DNA from: a virus
DNA length: 64,000 nucleotides
Direction: 5' to 3' (one strand)
Virus record (IMG/VR): IMGVR_UViG_3300016457_000282
Coordinates: 32,001-96,000 of that record
A program made the translations under genes and the position numbers. This document shows positions 17,346 to 26,664 of this stretch, piece by piece. The stretch's first letter is position 1, and each line of letters begins with the position of its first letter. Below the pieces are notes generated by a model. That model was not told the origin of the DNA. It worked only from the letters and a program-made list of their open reading frames with translations, and ran no database searches.

Positions 17346-17531
17346 ATGGAAAAAATAGTAGGTAAGATAGTGTACGATCGAGACTCAAAACGATATCATA
17401 GATACTTAGTGGAAGGAGAAGAGATAGTAGGTACGATTTATCTTACAAAAGGAGCTGCTAAGGTGAAACAATACCAAATTACACTTGTACCTCTAACTGA
17501 GGAAGAAGGAATTGTACAGAAACAATTCTAA
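17346..17531 (+). CDS. small hypothetical protein
   Basis: AAAGGAGG RBS. Confidence 0.7.
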   Translation: MEKIVGKIVYDRDSKRYHRYLVEGEEIVGTIYLTKGAAKVKQYQITLVPLTEEEGIVQKQF

Positions 17532-17615
17532 CAGATCAGACAGGCATTGAAGTTGCTATTAGTGATTCATTATGTTATTAGAAAGCTGTAATATTTGTTT
17601 CTCCGTTAGTGTTAA

Positions 17616-17735
17616 GGAGAGGTTGAAGCGCGAGCTTGGTGTTACGCCAAGACTAATTTACTTACCATTGTGCGTAGTCTTGAGCAGGTTCGCCTCGCTT
17701 CGTCTCGGCAAAGCTGCGCAAGATAGAACCTCTCC
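17616..17735 (+). ncRNA. putative RT-associated structured RNA (retron msr-msd-like), upstream unit
   Basis: Closing inverted repeat GGAGAGGTT/AACCTCTCC; hairpin CTTGGTG-TTA-CGCCAAG; further stems. Confidence 0.55.
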
Positions 17736-17934
17736 AACTTTCACAAAAGAGGTCGCTGTCGTGAATCCTTTAAGTTTGTACTCTCAAATTGTGAAAAGAA
17801 CTTTCAGAAGAGAAAAAGACGAGAGTTCGCCGAGTTCTTCATAGGTACTCTTAGTTTGGTTGTAAACCCTCACGACTGGTTGGACTGTCTCACTCTAACT
17901 ATAAACCATATAACGCCTATTAAAGAGGAATAGT

Positions 17935-18897
17935 ATGTTCAGCTTGGACGAACTGTTGTCGATCTTTAACGATGTTGAAGAAGTTGAGATGTCTCCTTCC
18001 TTTGCTTTTGTTTACTCACAGTTGGTAGAGAAAGGCACTTCTGCTTTTTGGTTAGGAGTGCGTAAGCACGCTTTGAGAGATTGGTATGAACAGTACCATA
18101 ATGTGTTAAGCGAAGACGTTAAAGTTGAGTATACTCCTGTTAGGATCCCTAAAAGGTCTGGTGGTTTTAGAACTCTGTACATTCCTTCAGATCAACTCAA
18201 GGAGAGACAGCGAGCGTGGTTAAAGCTAACCTACATTTTGGTTCCTAAAGTGACGCACGCTTATGCGTTCGAGAAACGCAGATCTTTACGAGATGCTCTT
18301 GAAAAGCATGTAGGTAACTACTTGTTCCTAAGACTGGACATAAAGGATGCTTATCCTTCGATCAGAAAAAAAGTTCTCGACTCAGTACTGGTAAAGCACG
18401 ATGTGCCGCTTTCTGTTAGACAAATGTTGATAAGAGATTGTTACTTTAAAGGTTTACCTCAAGGAGCTCCTACTTCGGGCCGGTTGTTCAATATCGTGCT
18501 TTCTCAGACTGATTTAGTAATTGCAGAAGTAATTGCGAGACTACACGGTGTATACACTCGTTACGCAGATGATATACTAGTGTCCTTTCCTAAAGACGCT
18601 AAAATCTCCATCTCAAAAACGAGTCAGGTCATTAACCGTTACCTAAACAAAATCAGTCTTGAGCTTCATCCTTCTAAGTTAAGAGTCGGAAGAGGCAAGC
18701 TACGAGTTTTGGGTTGTGTAGTTCATTCTGACAAAGTTACGATATCGCGTAAGGTTAGAAGATTGTACCGAGCTATGCTTCACAACAATAAGACAGGTAA
18801 GATCTCATTAAGTAAACATAAAATCAACGGTATCAAAGGTTGGTTAAATATGGTGTACCGAAGTGAAACGGTTCCGGCTATAGGACCTATCTCATAG
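17935..18897 (+). CDS. retron-like reverse transcriptase
   Basis: IPKRSGGFRTL, HAYAF, LDIKDAYPSI, GLPQGAPTS, YTRYADD, LRVLG; 320 aa with no maturase or endonuclease domain. Confidence 0.88.
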   Translation: MFSLDELLSIFNDVEEVEMSPSFAFVYSQLVEKGTSAFWLGVRKHALRDWYEQYHNVLSEDVKVEYTPVRIPKRSGGFRTLYIPSDQLKERQRAWLKLTYILVPKVTHAYAFEKRRSLRDALEKHVGNYLFLRLDIKDAYPSIRKKVLDSVLVKHDVPLSVRQMLIRDCYFKGLPQGAPTSGRLFNIVLSQTDLVIAEVIARLHGVYTRYADDILVSFPKDAKISISKTSQVINRYLNKISLELHPSKLRVGRGKLRVLGCVVHSDKVTISRKVRRLYRAMLHNNKTGKISLSKHKINGIKGWLNMVYRSETVPAIGPIS

Positions 18898-18964
18898 TGA
18901 GTGTTACGCTCACTTGCTACTTAGTCACTTCGCAGTCGTAAAGGTACAAGGTCTCAGCCGGAAC
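18871..18964 (+). ncRNA. putative RT-associated structured RNA, downstream unit (overlaps the RT stop)
   Basis: Closing inverted repeat GTTCCGGCT/AGCCGGAAC; hairpin AGTGAGTG-TTA-CGCTCACT with the same apex as the upstream unit. Confidence 0.5.
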
Positions 18965-18988
18965 TACTAAATTAAGAGGAGGTAAAAT

Positions 18989-19354
18989 ATGGGAACACAA
19001 GCTACTGTTACTGTATACGATGAAGACGACCGTCCTATCTGTTTAATCTACATACTGTTTGATGGATATTTGAGCGGTGTAGGAAAGCAGCTACAAGAGT
19101 TTCTAAAAGTACGTCGCTATGTTAACGGAATTCCTGTAGGAGCGACAAATGTCTACAACGGAATGACAGACCTTGCGGCTCAGCTTGTTTGGTATTTGAA
19201 GAAAGGAGAGTCAGGTAATGTGTACTTAGTGCCATTAGAAGAAGAACTCGGCTGTACAGACTACGAGTACGAAATTCGGTTTGTAGACGGCAACGCTCAC
19301 TTACGGGAATTGACACAGAAAGTAGTACTTTATCCTGAAGTAAAAATTGAGTAA
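18989..19354 (+). CDS. conserved phage hypothetical protein (MGT..Y...DGY..GVG family)
   Basis: GAGGAGG RBS; motif DGYLSGVGKQL. Confidence 0.75.
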   Translation: MGTQATVTVYDEDDRPICLIYILFDGYLSGVGKQLQEFLKVRRYVNGIPVGATNVYNGMTDLAAQLVWYLKKGESGNVYLVPLEEELGCTDYEYEIRFVDGNAHLRELTQKVVLYPEVKIE

Positions 19355-19366
19355 AGGAGACTGGAT

Positions 19367-19996
19367 ATGCAACTAAGACAAGGTTCTGTAATTGCGGCGA
19401 AGGTATGGTTAGACAAGAAAGTAGTTGATCTCTCATTAGCTCTAGTGAAAATAGAACATCAAGACAAGCCTGTTCTGCGTTACGTCTCAGACGACTTGTC
19501 TATTGTTACTTCTTACTTCTCTTCGAGCAGCACAGGAGCCAGTATTAGTGATTACGTTCTCAAGTGTCCTGAGAAAGTAGAAGAAGTAATAACAAAAGAC
19601 ATTCAGGAAATCGATGCTTACCTCAGAGCCGAAGAAGAAAAACGAAAGAAGCTTGAGGAAGAAAAACGTCGTGAAGCTAAAGCAAAATACGAGCGTATCA
19701 AACAGTCGCCTGTTACTAAACCTTCTGTCATTCCTGGACTTATATTCCGTCGCTCAGACCCCGTGCTGGCATTTGGCAGAAAGTATGTTCACTACTATCT
19801 TTCAATTGTGTCTGAAGAGACTGGAAATGAGTTGTACATATCCAATTATGTTACAAGAAATGGAAGGTATCTCGTAAAGAAGTTTAGTTGCGATATGTAC
19901 TTGTACTGGCAAAAGAAAGTTCCGTCTAAAGGACCAAAACAGATTCTACAAATTTTACATCGTGAGTACGAAGAATTACGTAAGGATTGGTGTTAA
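19367..19996 (+). CDS. hypothetical protein
   Basis: AAGGAG RBS; central coiled coil. Confidence 0.7.
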   Translation: MQLRQGSVIAAKVWLDKKVVDLSLALVKIEHQDKPVLRYVSDDLSIVTSYFSSSSTGASISDYVLKCPEKVEEVITKDIQEIDAYLRAEEEKRKKLEEEKRREAKAKYERIKQSPVTKPSVIPGLIFRRSDPVLAFGRKYVHYYLSIVSEETGNELYISNYVTRNGRYLVKKFSCDMYLYWQKKVPSKGPKQILQILHREYEELRKDWC

Positions 19997-20374
19997 GAAA
20001 GGAGTGTATTATGAACTTCCTAAAAGGATTAATATTTGGCGGTAGTATATGTTTGATTAGTAGTGATGGTTCATGGTTTCCTGTAGCGAACTTTATAGGT
20101 TTATTGATTTTATGTGTAACTGTTAAGTACTTAGTAAAGGAGTAAATGATGACTGAGTTTAAGAGAAAAGAAGAAGTCTATGTTGTGATTCGTTACCTAC
20201 CTGGTGACAATCACAGAGTTGATGTGTTTGAGATTACCGCTAAGAGTTTCAACGACGCACAAACTAAAGCCTTTGACTACGTTAATTTGGACTATGCGGG
20301 ATTTTGTTGACCCAAAGTCAATTTCAAGAGTTGTGTAAGAAGATTAGTAACTTGTAGAAAAAGGAGATAGAAGT

Positions 20375-20752
20375 ATGAGAAGTCGTTTGATCGAAGTTTT
20401 CAAAGAGTTGCGTAAAGAAGGATTCCTCGCTCGAGCCAATTTTATGTGTTGTCGAAATTGCGCAGGATCAGAGCTTGCTTGTAGAGCTGAAAAACTTTAT
20501 GAGAAAGGAAAGGAAGTTAAAGGAGCTATCTTTTGGACTCGGCAAGATGAGGAGAGTCTTAGAAATCATAGTCGAATGTACATTGCTTATGGACCTTGTG
20601 TTACTCAAAAATATGGTACAATAGGATTGTCAACTAAAGAAGTAGGAAAGAAATTATGCGAAAAACTCGATGCTTATCACATTCCTTATCGCTGGAACGG
20701 CGATCCTAATGTAAGGATCTTAGTAGGCGAAAATATTGATCAGGAGGTATGA
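20375..20752 (+). CDS. conserved hypothetical protein (DUF6891-like)
   Basis: LRKEGFLARANFMCCRNC...WNGDPNVRI. Confidence 0.6.
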   Translation: MRSRLIEVFKELRKEGFLARANFMCCRNCAGSELACRAEKLYEKGKEVKGAIFWTRQDEESLRNHSRMYIAYGPCVTQKYGTIGLSTKEVGKKLCEKLDAYHIPYRWNGDPNVRILVGENIDQEV

Positions 20753-20753
20753 C

Positions 20754-21242
20754 ATGTTAACAATCGCAAGAAAGTTCTCGTTTAATGCCGCTCATCGATT
20801 GAGCGAGACTGTACCAGAAGGACATCCGTGTTCTCGAGTTCATGGACACACGTACAAAGGTGAATTTTCGATTACAACTACTCAAGAGCCGCACGAATTT
20901 AGAGGAATGCTCGTTGATTTTTCAGTGTTAAAACAACTCCTCAAAAGAGAAGTTGAGGACTTTTTCGATCACAAGTTCTTGACAAGTGATGCTAGTACTG
21001 ATAAAAAAGGAACGGTAATACTACCTATAGATCCTACAGTTGAATACTTAACCTATCTTAGTACCGTTAAGATGTACTTTGCGTTAAAGAATACTCTCTC
21101 ACAGCCTACTTTTGAGGCTATTGCGTCTTTGTGCACGACTCTGTATGAAACTGAGCGTTCTTGGGGCGCTTACAGCTTGATGCTGCCTGTTAACACTGAA
21201 GATGCTTTGACTGAGGAGTTGTCCTCAATCAAAACACTTTAG
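20754..21242 (+). CDS. queD: 6-carboxy-5,6,7,8-tetrahydropterin synthase (QueD/PTPS)
   Basis: FNAAHRL, CSRVHGHTY, GMLVDF, FDHKFL, PTVE, YET; AGGAGG RBS before ATG 20754. Confidence 0.85.
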   Translation: MLTIARKFSFNAAHRLSETVPEGHPCSRVHGHTYKGEFSITTTQEPHEFRGMLVDFSVLKQLLKREVEDFFDHKFLTSDASTDKKGTVILPIDPTVEYLTYLSTVKMYFALKNTLSQPTFEAIASLCTTLYETERSWGAYSLMLPVNTEDALTEELSSIKTL

Positions 21243-21251
21243 GAGTAAGTC

Positions 21252-21434
21252 GTGAAGGACTACATTACAATTTGTTGTAGAAAGTGCGGCAGAGAGCTTG
21301 CTCTGATCGCTTGTAGAGAGTTCGAGGTAGTGTCTTGTGACTACTCTGACTTTAGCTACTCTAAGGCATTGAACGAGTTTTGGATCGGCGAATACTGTGA
21401 AGAGTGTGCAGCGTCGTTGAGTAAATACGACTAG
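21252..21434 (+). CDS. small Zn-finger protein
   Basis: CRKC...CEEC; AGGAG RBS. Confidence 0.6.
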   Translation: MKDYITICCRKCGRELALIACREFEVVSCDYSDFSYSKALNEFWIGEYCEECAASLSKYD

Positions 21435-21570
21435 CGAGTTCTACCAGCACCTTTCCCGCGACCGCCTCCCATTCCGAAACCAGGTCCTCCAAATTTACAA
21501 GGACCTCTATTACGACCTTGTCGTTGTCCTCCCGAAACGCCTCTACCTCGGCCTCTACCATCACGCGGTC

Positions 21571-21963
21571 TTGGTGGTTGTCTTAGTGCCATTATTTACC
21601 TCTTTTTGTTTTTTCCTAAGTATAGATGCTGATCAACGGATTGTCAACATGTACTTGCAATTAACAATGTTGTTAATGCTGCTTCAGGTACTCGATGTAG
21701 TATTAACTATGTACTTAGGATGTGGGGAAGCTAATCCGCTTGTGAGACCGTTGTTAGAGAATTCACCTAGACTGTTGATTGTAGTGAAAGTGCTGTTGGC
21801 TTATACCGTAGGACTGTTGTGTTGTTTAGACAAAAAAGTGAATTTACTGATATTTGTATGTGTAGTATACAGTTTGTTGGTTTTGACAGAATGTGCGTTT
21901 GTTATGTGCTCTTTTTTTTATTTTTTAGAAAAATTTTTTAGAAAAAATGTTACTTGTTCATAG
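21571..21963 (+). CDS. small membrane protein (DUF5658-like; start uncertain)
   Basis: LDVVLT...EANPLV...K motif within hydrophobic helices. Confidence 0.5.
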   Translation: MVVVLVPLFTSFCFFLSIDADQRIVNMYLQLTMLLMLLQVLDVVLTMYLGCGEANPLVRPLLENSPRLLIVVKVLLAYTVGLLCCLDKKVNLLIFVCVVYSLLVLTECAFVMCSFFYFLEKFFRKNVTCS

Positions 21964-22063
21964 TCCTAGTAAATAAGGTAGTAGGAATATGGGAACTCGT
22001 TCGGCGATGGCAATAATTCAGCCTATAGGGATTTAGGAAGTTGAGAGGACTTTCGATGGAGCG

Positions 22064-22381
22064 ATGTTAACCGACGCCGCTCGTCGTGTAGTTGATAATC
22101 TGATCGAGACTGGAGAACTAGTACTACTTGACGTTGACGACATTGGTACCGGTGCTGTAGAGTACAATGAAGAAAGGAAGTACGATCAAGAGTATTTCAT
22201 GGCGATTGACCCTCATCGTAAGTTGTTGTGGTTAGATCCTTCTACTCTCTACTGTATTGGTCGAACTCTAGTTGAATGTTGCAGAAAAGTAATTGAGCTA
22301 TACGACAAACGAGGTTGGGAAGTACGATTAGCGTACGACACTACAGATGTGAAAAACAATACATACGGTCGAAGTTATTAA
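22064..22381 (+). CDS. hypothetical protein
   Basis: GGAG RBS; 105 aa. Confidence 0.55.
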   Translation: MLTDAARRVVDNLIETGELVLLDVDDIGTGAVEYNEERKYDQEYFMAIDPHRKLLWLDPSTLYCIGRTLVECCRKVIELYDKRGWEVRLAYDTTDVKNNTYGRSY

Positions 22382-22412
22382 GAACTACAACTTTTTGTAC
22401 AGGAGGCTCGCG

Positions 22413-22748
22413 ATGCAAGTAGTTCGTTCAGAGGTTATTACATTAGATAAGTTACGAACTGTTTTAGAAGAAAACAAAGGTGTGTTGTTGTGGGTTTGTT
22501 TCTACTCGCCGTCCTACAGAATCCTCAAAGGACCTTACGACGCTGCTGGTAGAGAACGAGCGTACAGTTGGTTTTCGGCCTATCTCGATAGAGGCATGGA
22601 CCGTGAAAGTATGGGTGCTTCTAGTCCAGAAGAGTTGATCAGGTTCATTCAAGAGAGAATGTTAGTTGGAGACCAGTTTTATTGGTTTGCGTCTGAAGCT
22701 GATCTAATTGCTTGGTTACGTGAAACACCGATAGTTAAACAAGATTAA
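22413..22748 (+). CDS. hypothetical protein
   Basis: AGGAGG before ATG 22413. Confidence 0.65.
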   Translation: MQVVRSEVITLDKLRTVLEENKGVLLWVCFYSPSYRILKGPYDAAGRERAYSWFSAYLDRGMDRESMGASSPEELIRFIQERMLVGDQFYWFASEADLIAWLRETPIVKQD

Positions 22749-22764
22749 GGAGGAGTGTGCTATT

Positions 22765-23754
22765 ATGTATAGAATCGAAGGAAGTTACGCGTTAAAAGAA
22801 GTACTAGTAAAGTGTCTGCGAAACAATTTATCTGTTTTGGCCTCAGGGGCGCCAGGTATTGGGAAGAGCGAAATTTTCTTCCAAGCTATAAGTGAAGTCT
22901 CAGAATCGTTTGCTGTACTGACACCGACTGAGGTACGACTCTATTTAATGGAGCCAGGTGAGGCTAAAGGCATTCCTTGGCTAGTTGAGAGAAGGACTGT
23001 TTGGTCTCGGCCTGATTGGCTACCAGAAAAGGAAAACACGGCTCTGTTTTTCGACGACATTCATTTAGTTCGTGAATACAATCAAAGCCCTTTATATGAG
23101 TTACTATTGTGCAGAAGACTGCATGGACATACAGTTCCAGAGTCGACCAGGTTCGTTGCAGCTGGAAATATTGGTCTGGCGTCAGCTAGCGCCTCTGAGA
23201 TAATGGCGCCTATTATGGATAGGTTCGACCTTTTCGTCGGGTACACTCCTACTCTAGAAGACTTCGTAAAGTATGCGATTTCTCAAGGTCTTGATAATAG
23301 AATTATTACATTCTTGTCTTCTTATGGAACAGACTACTTATATACGCCTGATCCAGGAACGAGTCAGAAGTTTCCATCGCCTCGAGCTTGGTTTTCTTTA
23401 GATAAGGCACTTAAGGCAGGATTCTCAATTGAAGTGGCTCCAGGTGTAGTAGGAATCGATGCTGGATCCAAAATAGTAGATGCTTGGCCTTTTCTGAATC
23501 AGTCTCTCAATGATCTTTTGTCGAAAGATTTCACTGACGCTGATTTGAAAGATCAAGTAGCCGCGGCAGCCTTTCTATCGTCATACAAGCCCACAGACCG
23601 CATACTTGTGACAATTAAGAAGTTGACTCCGGACGCTCGAGCTTGTTACTTCAGACTAGTTCTCACTCGATTTCCCGATCAGGTCAAGTTCCTGTATCGT
23701 AATAGACACATGAAAGAAATTGTAGATGAACTAGCAGCTATTTTAGGAGAGTAA
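22765..23754 (+). CDS. MoxR-like AAA+ ATPase
   Basis: Walker A GAPGIGKS, Walker B LFFDD, AAGN, MDRF, FPSPRAW. Confidence 0.85.
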   Translation: MYRIEGSYALKEVLVKCLRNNLSVLASGAPGIGKSEIFFQAISEVSESFAVLTPTEVRLYLMEPGEAKGIPWLVERRTVWSRPDWLPEKENTALFFDDIHLVREYNQSPLYELLLCRRLHGHTVPESTRFVAAGNIGLASASASEIMAPIMDRFDLFVGYTPTLEDFVKYAISQGLDNRIITFLSSYGTDYLYTPDPGTSQKFPSPRAWFSLDKALKAGFSIEVAPGVVGIDAGSKIVDAWPFLNQSLNDLLSKDFTDADLKDQVAAAAFLSSYKPTDRILVTIKKLTPDARACYFRLVLTRFPDQVKFLYRNRHMKEIVDELAAILGE

Positions 23755-23755
23755 A

Positions 23756-24901
23756 ATGAAGAAACAAAAGGATACAAAACTAAGAATTGATGCTTATCGA
23801 AAGGTAGGAACATCTGCTGCATTACAAATTCCGATCTACTTCGATAAGTTGCCTAGTGAAATAGGCGGTTGTCTGGTTCGAGATAGTCACATTGTAATAT
23901 CTGAAGAAGAAGATTATCAAACTCAGTTGTTTGTGTACTGTCACGAACTGCTACACTACATATTCAACCACATTAGAAGAGGTGCTGGAAAAGATCGAGT
24001 CCTTTGGGGACTAGCTATTGACCATGTTGTAAACAACTTATTAACTACTGTCCTCGAGCTTGAGTCTGTGAATTGGGTTGAACAACATAGGTTTATACTG
24101 TTTCGAGATATTCCTGATGGGCCTGCCGAGTTGATTTATCGAGAGTTACAACGCTTAGTAGATAAGACTAAAAAGGAAGGAAAAACCGAGTTTAAGTTTG
24201 GCGGCAAGACAATACGATTAGTACCGCTTACTGTAGATGGTATCAGACCCCCTAAGCACTTTACTGAACCTCTGCCGATAAGTACTGGATCATTATATGA
24301 GTTTGGGAATCATCTCAAGTCCCAAGGTAGTGTTTCTGCCGACGTGCTGCGTGAGATTGACCAAGGTTATAAGTCTCAAGTTCCTTGGGAGCGAGTAATC
24401 GCGGCTAGGATTTTGTCTTTCATAGGAAAGAAAGTTGCTACACCAACCTATACGAAGTTACCGTACTACCAAATCGCTTGCGACGTTCGTTTAGCTGGTA
24501 ACTACAAGAAGGAGTTTAATCTCGTTACGGCTTTTGATACCTCAGGTAGTATTTCGCAACAAGAACTTTCGAAATTCTGTGCTGAATATCAACGAGTTGA
24601 GAAGTTAGTTTCAGAACATTGGGTTTATGTGATAGATGCTGATATTCACGCTGTATTACATAACCCGTCGTATGACGAGCTGGTTGCGAACTTGAGAGGA
24701 GGTGGAGGTACTAGTCTAGCACCGCCTTTTGAAGATGTTGAGAAGAGAAAACTGAAACCTGACTTGTTCGTATACTTTACAGACACTTTTGGTACCTTTC
24801 CTCAAAAGACACCTACTTACTCTGTGATTTGGATTGTAGTTAGAACTTTCCAAACGTTAGACATACGAGTACCTTTTGGTACTGTTTACTATATTGATTA
24901 A
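23756..24901 (+). CDS. DUF2201-type metallopeptidase + VWA domain protein
   Basis: HELLH, DTSGS MIDAS, GGGGT, YFTD. Confidence 0.85.
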   Translation: MKKQKDTKLRIDAYRKVGTSAALQIPIYFDKLPSEIGGCLVRDSHIVISEEEDYQTQLFVYCHELLHYIFNHIRRGAGKDRVLWGLAIDHVVNNLLTTVLELESVNWVEQHRFILFRDIPDGPAELIYRELQRLVDKTKKEGKTEFKFGGKTIRLVPLTVDGIRPPKHFTEPLPISTGSLYEFGNHLKSQGSVSADVLREIDQGYKSQVPWERVIAARILSFIGKKVATPTYTKLPYYQIACDVRLAGNYKKEFNLVTAFDTSGSISQQELSKFCAEYQRVEKLVSEHWVYVIDADIHAVLHNPSYDELVANLRGGGGTSLAPPFEDVEKRKLKPDLFVYFTDTFGTFPQKTPTYSVIWIVVRTFQTLDIRVPFGTVYYID

Positions 24902-24921
24902 GTGAAAGGAGGAATCAAGAA

Positions 24922-25173
24922 GTGAAATTTCTAGGAACTTGCCGTAAGTGCGGCGCTCGAATGTATCGTAATAGTAACGGCAGTATAGTTAGCTCGCCAG
25001 CGTCAGATTGTTTGTGTGAGTTAAGTTTGCGAGATCTTCCTTTAGAAGACGAGTACAAAATTACTCTGACTAAAGAGGATCTCATCTCTTTAGATGAAGG
25101 AGACTATGTTGAAGTAGAACGAGTAATAGAGAACATTTTGGATCAAGTAAGACAACGTATAGACGCTCAGTAA
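24922..25173 (+). CDS. small Zn-ribbon protein
   Basis: CRKC...CLC; AGGAGG RBS. Confidence 0.6.
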   Translation: MKFLGTCRKCGARMYRNSNGSIVSSPASDCLCELSLRDLPLEDEYKITLTKEDLISLDEGDYVEVERVIENILDQVRQRIDAQ

Positions 25174-25198
25174 CCTTTTGTGTAAGGAGGTCAAAACG

Positions 25199-25630
25199 AT
25201 GTTTGATCACGAACGTGATAGTTTAGCTGAAGCAGTAGGGATTGAGAAGACAGTACTCTTTCAAGAGTTTATAGATTTGCAGCGACGAATAATGTCATTT
25301 CTAGAAGGAGACTTGGCTAGGTTTGAACAGACGGTCGAGTATCTCTGTGAAAAACCGAGAGTTTTGGTTGCTACGCTGTTAATGACAGCTCGTAGACAAA
25401 CGGCGCAAGTGTGTTCATTAATGTCTGAACCTGTTAATCGGTTATCTAACGTACTAGGAGCTCTGGCACAAGGAGCTAGCGGTGCTCCTGAACCTTATTC
25501 AATGCGGCCTTCTGAGGAAGTAGAAGTATTGAGTATTCTACCTCGTGAATACTTAGCGACTCAAACTATCTTGTGGAATGTCTGTCTACTTATCTTAACA
25601 ACTATACTGATTAGTGATTATGAACCCTAA
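25199..25630 (+). CDS. hypothetical protein
   Basis: AAGGAGG before ATG 25199. Confidence 0.65.
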   Translation: MFDHERDSLAEAVGIEKTVLFQEFIDLQRRIMSFLEGDLARFEQTVEYLCEKPRVLVATLLMTARRQTAQVCSLMSEPVNRLSNVLGALAQGASGAPEPYSMRPSEEVEVLSILPREYLATQTILWNVCLLILTTILISDYEP

Positions 25631-25832
25631 AATGATAAATAAACCCAAGGCAGTTTGTAAGAAGTGGATAAGTTGTCCGCTTTACGATAAATGTCTAACG
25701 AAAGCGGCCCAGCTCAACGCATTGGGCTGGACGTGTATAAAGTGTCCTTATTTCAAATTTGCTTCTCCGGACCAGATCGTTGAGTATAAGACAGGTCGTC
25801 CGTTAAAGTATTTACTAGCAGAGGCTTCATGA
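25614..25832 (+). CDS. small Cys-rich protein
   Basis: C..CPLYDKCL..W.CIKCPY; overlaps both neighbouring genes. Confidence 0.55.
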   Translation: MIMNPKMINKPKAVCKKWISCPLYDKCLTKAAQLNALGWTCIKCPYFKFASPDQIVEYKTGRPLKYLLAEAS

Positions 25833-26335
25833 ACAGAAGATTAGCTCAACTCTTTGCAGGTAGTACTATCTGTCTTGCTGCTCTTACTTCATTTACAGCA
25901 GGTAAATACATTAGCGACAAATTTTCTCAGTACGACTATATCATTGCTCGACAACAAGAGATCATCTCTGATTTAACCAAGCAAGTAAGTTCCCTCACAG
26001 TAGAGCTCAAATCCCTGAAGTACAAGAACTATGTCATCGCTACTGTTACTGCATATTCGCCCTCCATTCGTGAATGCGACTCTACTCCCTATACCACTGC
26101 TTTTCTCAAAAGAGTTCATCCTAAGTACGTTGCTATTTCTCGAGACTTACTGCGCCAAGGTTGGTCGCCGGGTCGAAAAGTTTATATTGAAGGAATTGGA
26201 GTCAAAATCATTGGAGATCTAATGTCTCCAAAAGTAAAAGGACCACACGTTGATGTATTCATGTGGCGTAAAGAAGACGCTCTTAAGTTCGGTAAGTCCA
26301 AGAGATATGTTTTCTTAATGCAAGACTCGTTGTAA
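25829..26335 (+). CDS. 3D-domain (MltA-like) cell-wall protein with N-terminal anchor and coiled coil
   Basis: VTAYS..ECD..P..TA..VAISRDL..G.KVYIEG.G....D.M...HVDVFM. Confidence 0.8.
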   Translation: MNRRLAQLFAGSTICLAALTSFTAGKYISDKFSQYDYIIARQQEIISDLTKQVSSLTVELKSLKYKNYVIATVTAYSPSIRECDSTPYTTAFLKRVHPKYVAISRDLLRQGWSPGRKVYIEGIGVKIIGDLMSPKVKGPHVDVFMWRKEDALKFGKSKRYVFLMQDSL

Positions 26336-26458
26336 TACTCATTAATATAGGAAAAGTTTACTCTCGTTCGTGCCATCAAACGACAAGGAGTTAGACAGTA
26401 GCGCAACTCGGCGAAAAATCTCTTACTGTTCTCAAACTTTAGAAATGAGGAGGTTGTC

Positions 26459-26647
26459 GTGAAAGTGATTTGTTTATCTATCCCTGACGATCTTCTAGAT
26501 CAGTTCGACGAGATTTGTACACAATACCATCTCTCGCGGGCTACTGTCTTGAGGACTTACGTTAGAGCAGTTGTTGAGAATAAAGGGTTCCTTGACGTAG
26601 TTCTTCAAATCGAGGATCCGATAAAAGGGCCAGGACGAAGAGTATAA
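26459..26647 (+). CDS. ribbon-helix-helix (CopG-like) DNA-binding protein
   Basis: VICLSIPDDLLDQFDEIC..LSRATVLR. Confidence 0.75.
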   Translation: MKVICLSIPDDLLDQFDEICTQYHLSRATVLRTYVRAVVENKGFLDVVLQIEDPIKGPGRRV

Positions 26648-26664
26648 GTACGGAGGTAGAGGTT

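Noticed and set aside
17572-17844. 90-aa ORF upstream of the RT as a retron effector
   Set aside because: No RBS, atypical composition, and it overlaps the structured RNA candidate. Not fully excluded.
17935-18897. DGR or group II intron
   Set aside because: No maturase/X or endonuclease domain and no Avd gene. The duplicated segments in the window (pyrE halves, DUF5758 tails) differ at non-adenine, largely synonymous sites, so they are not TR/VR pairs.
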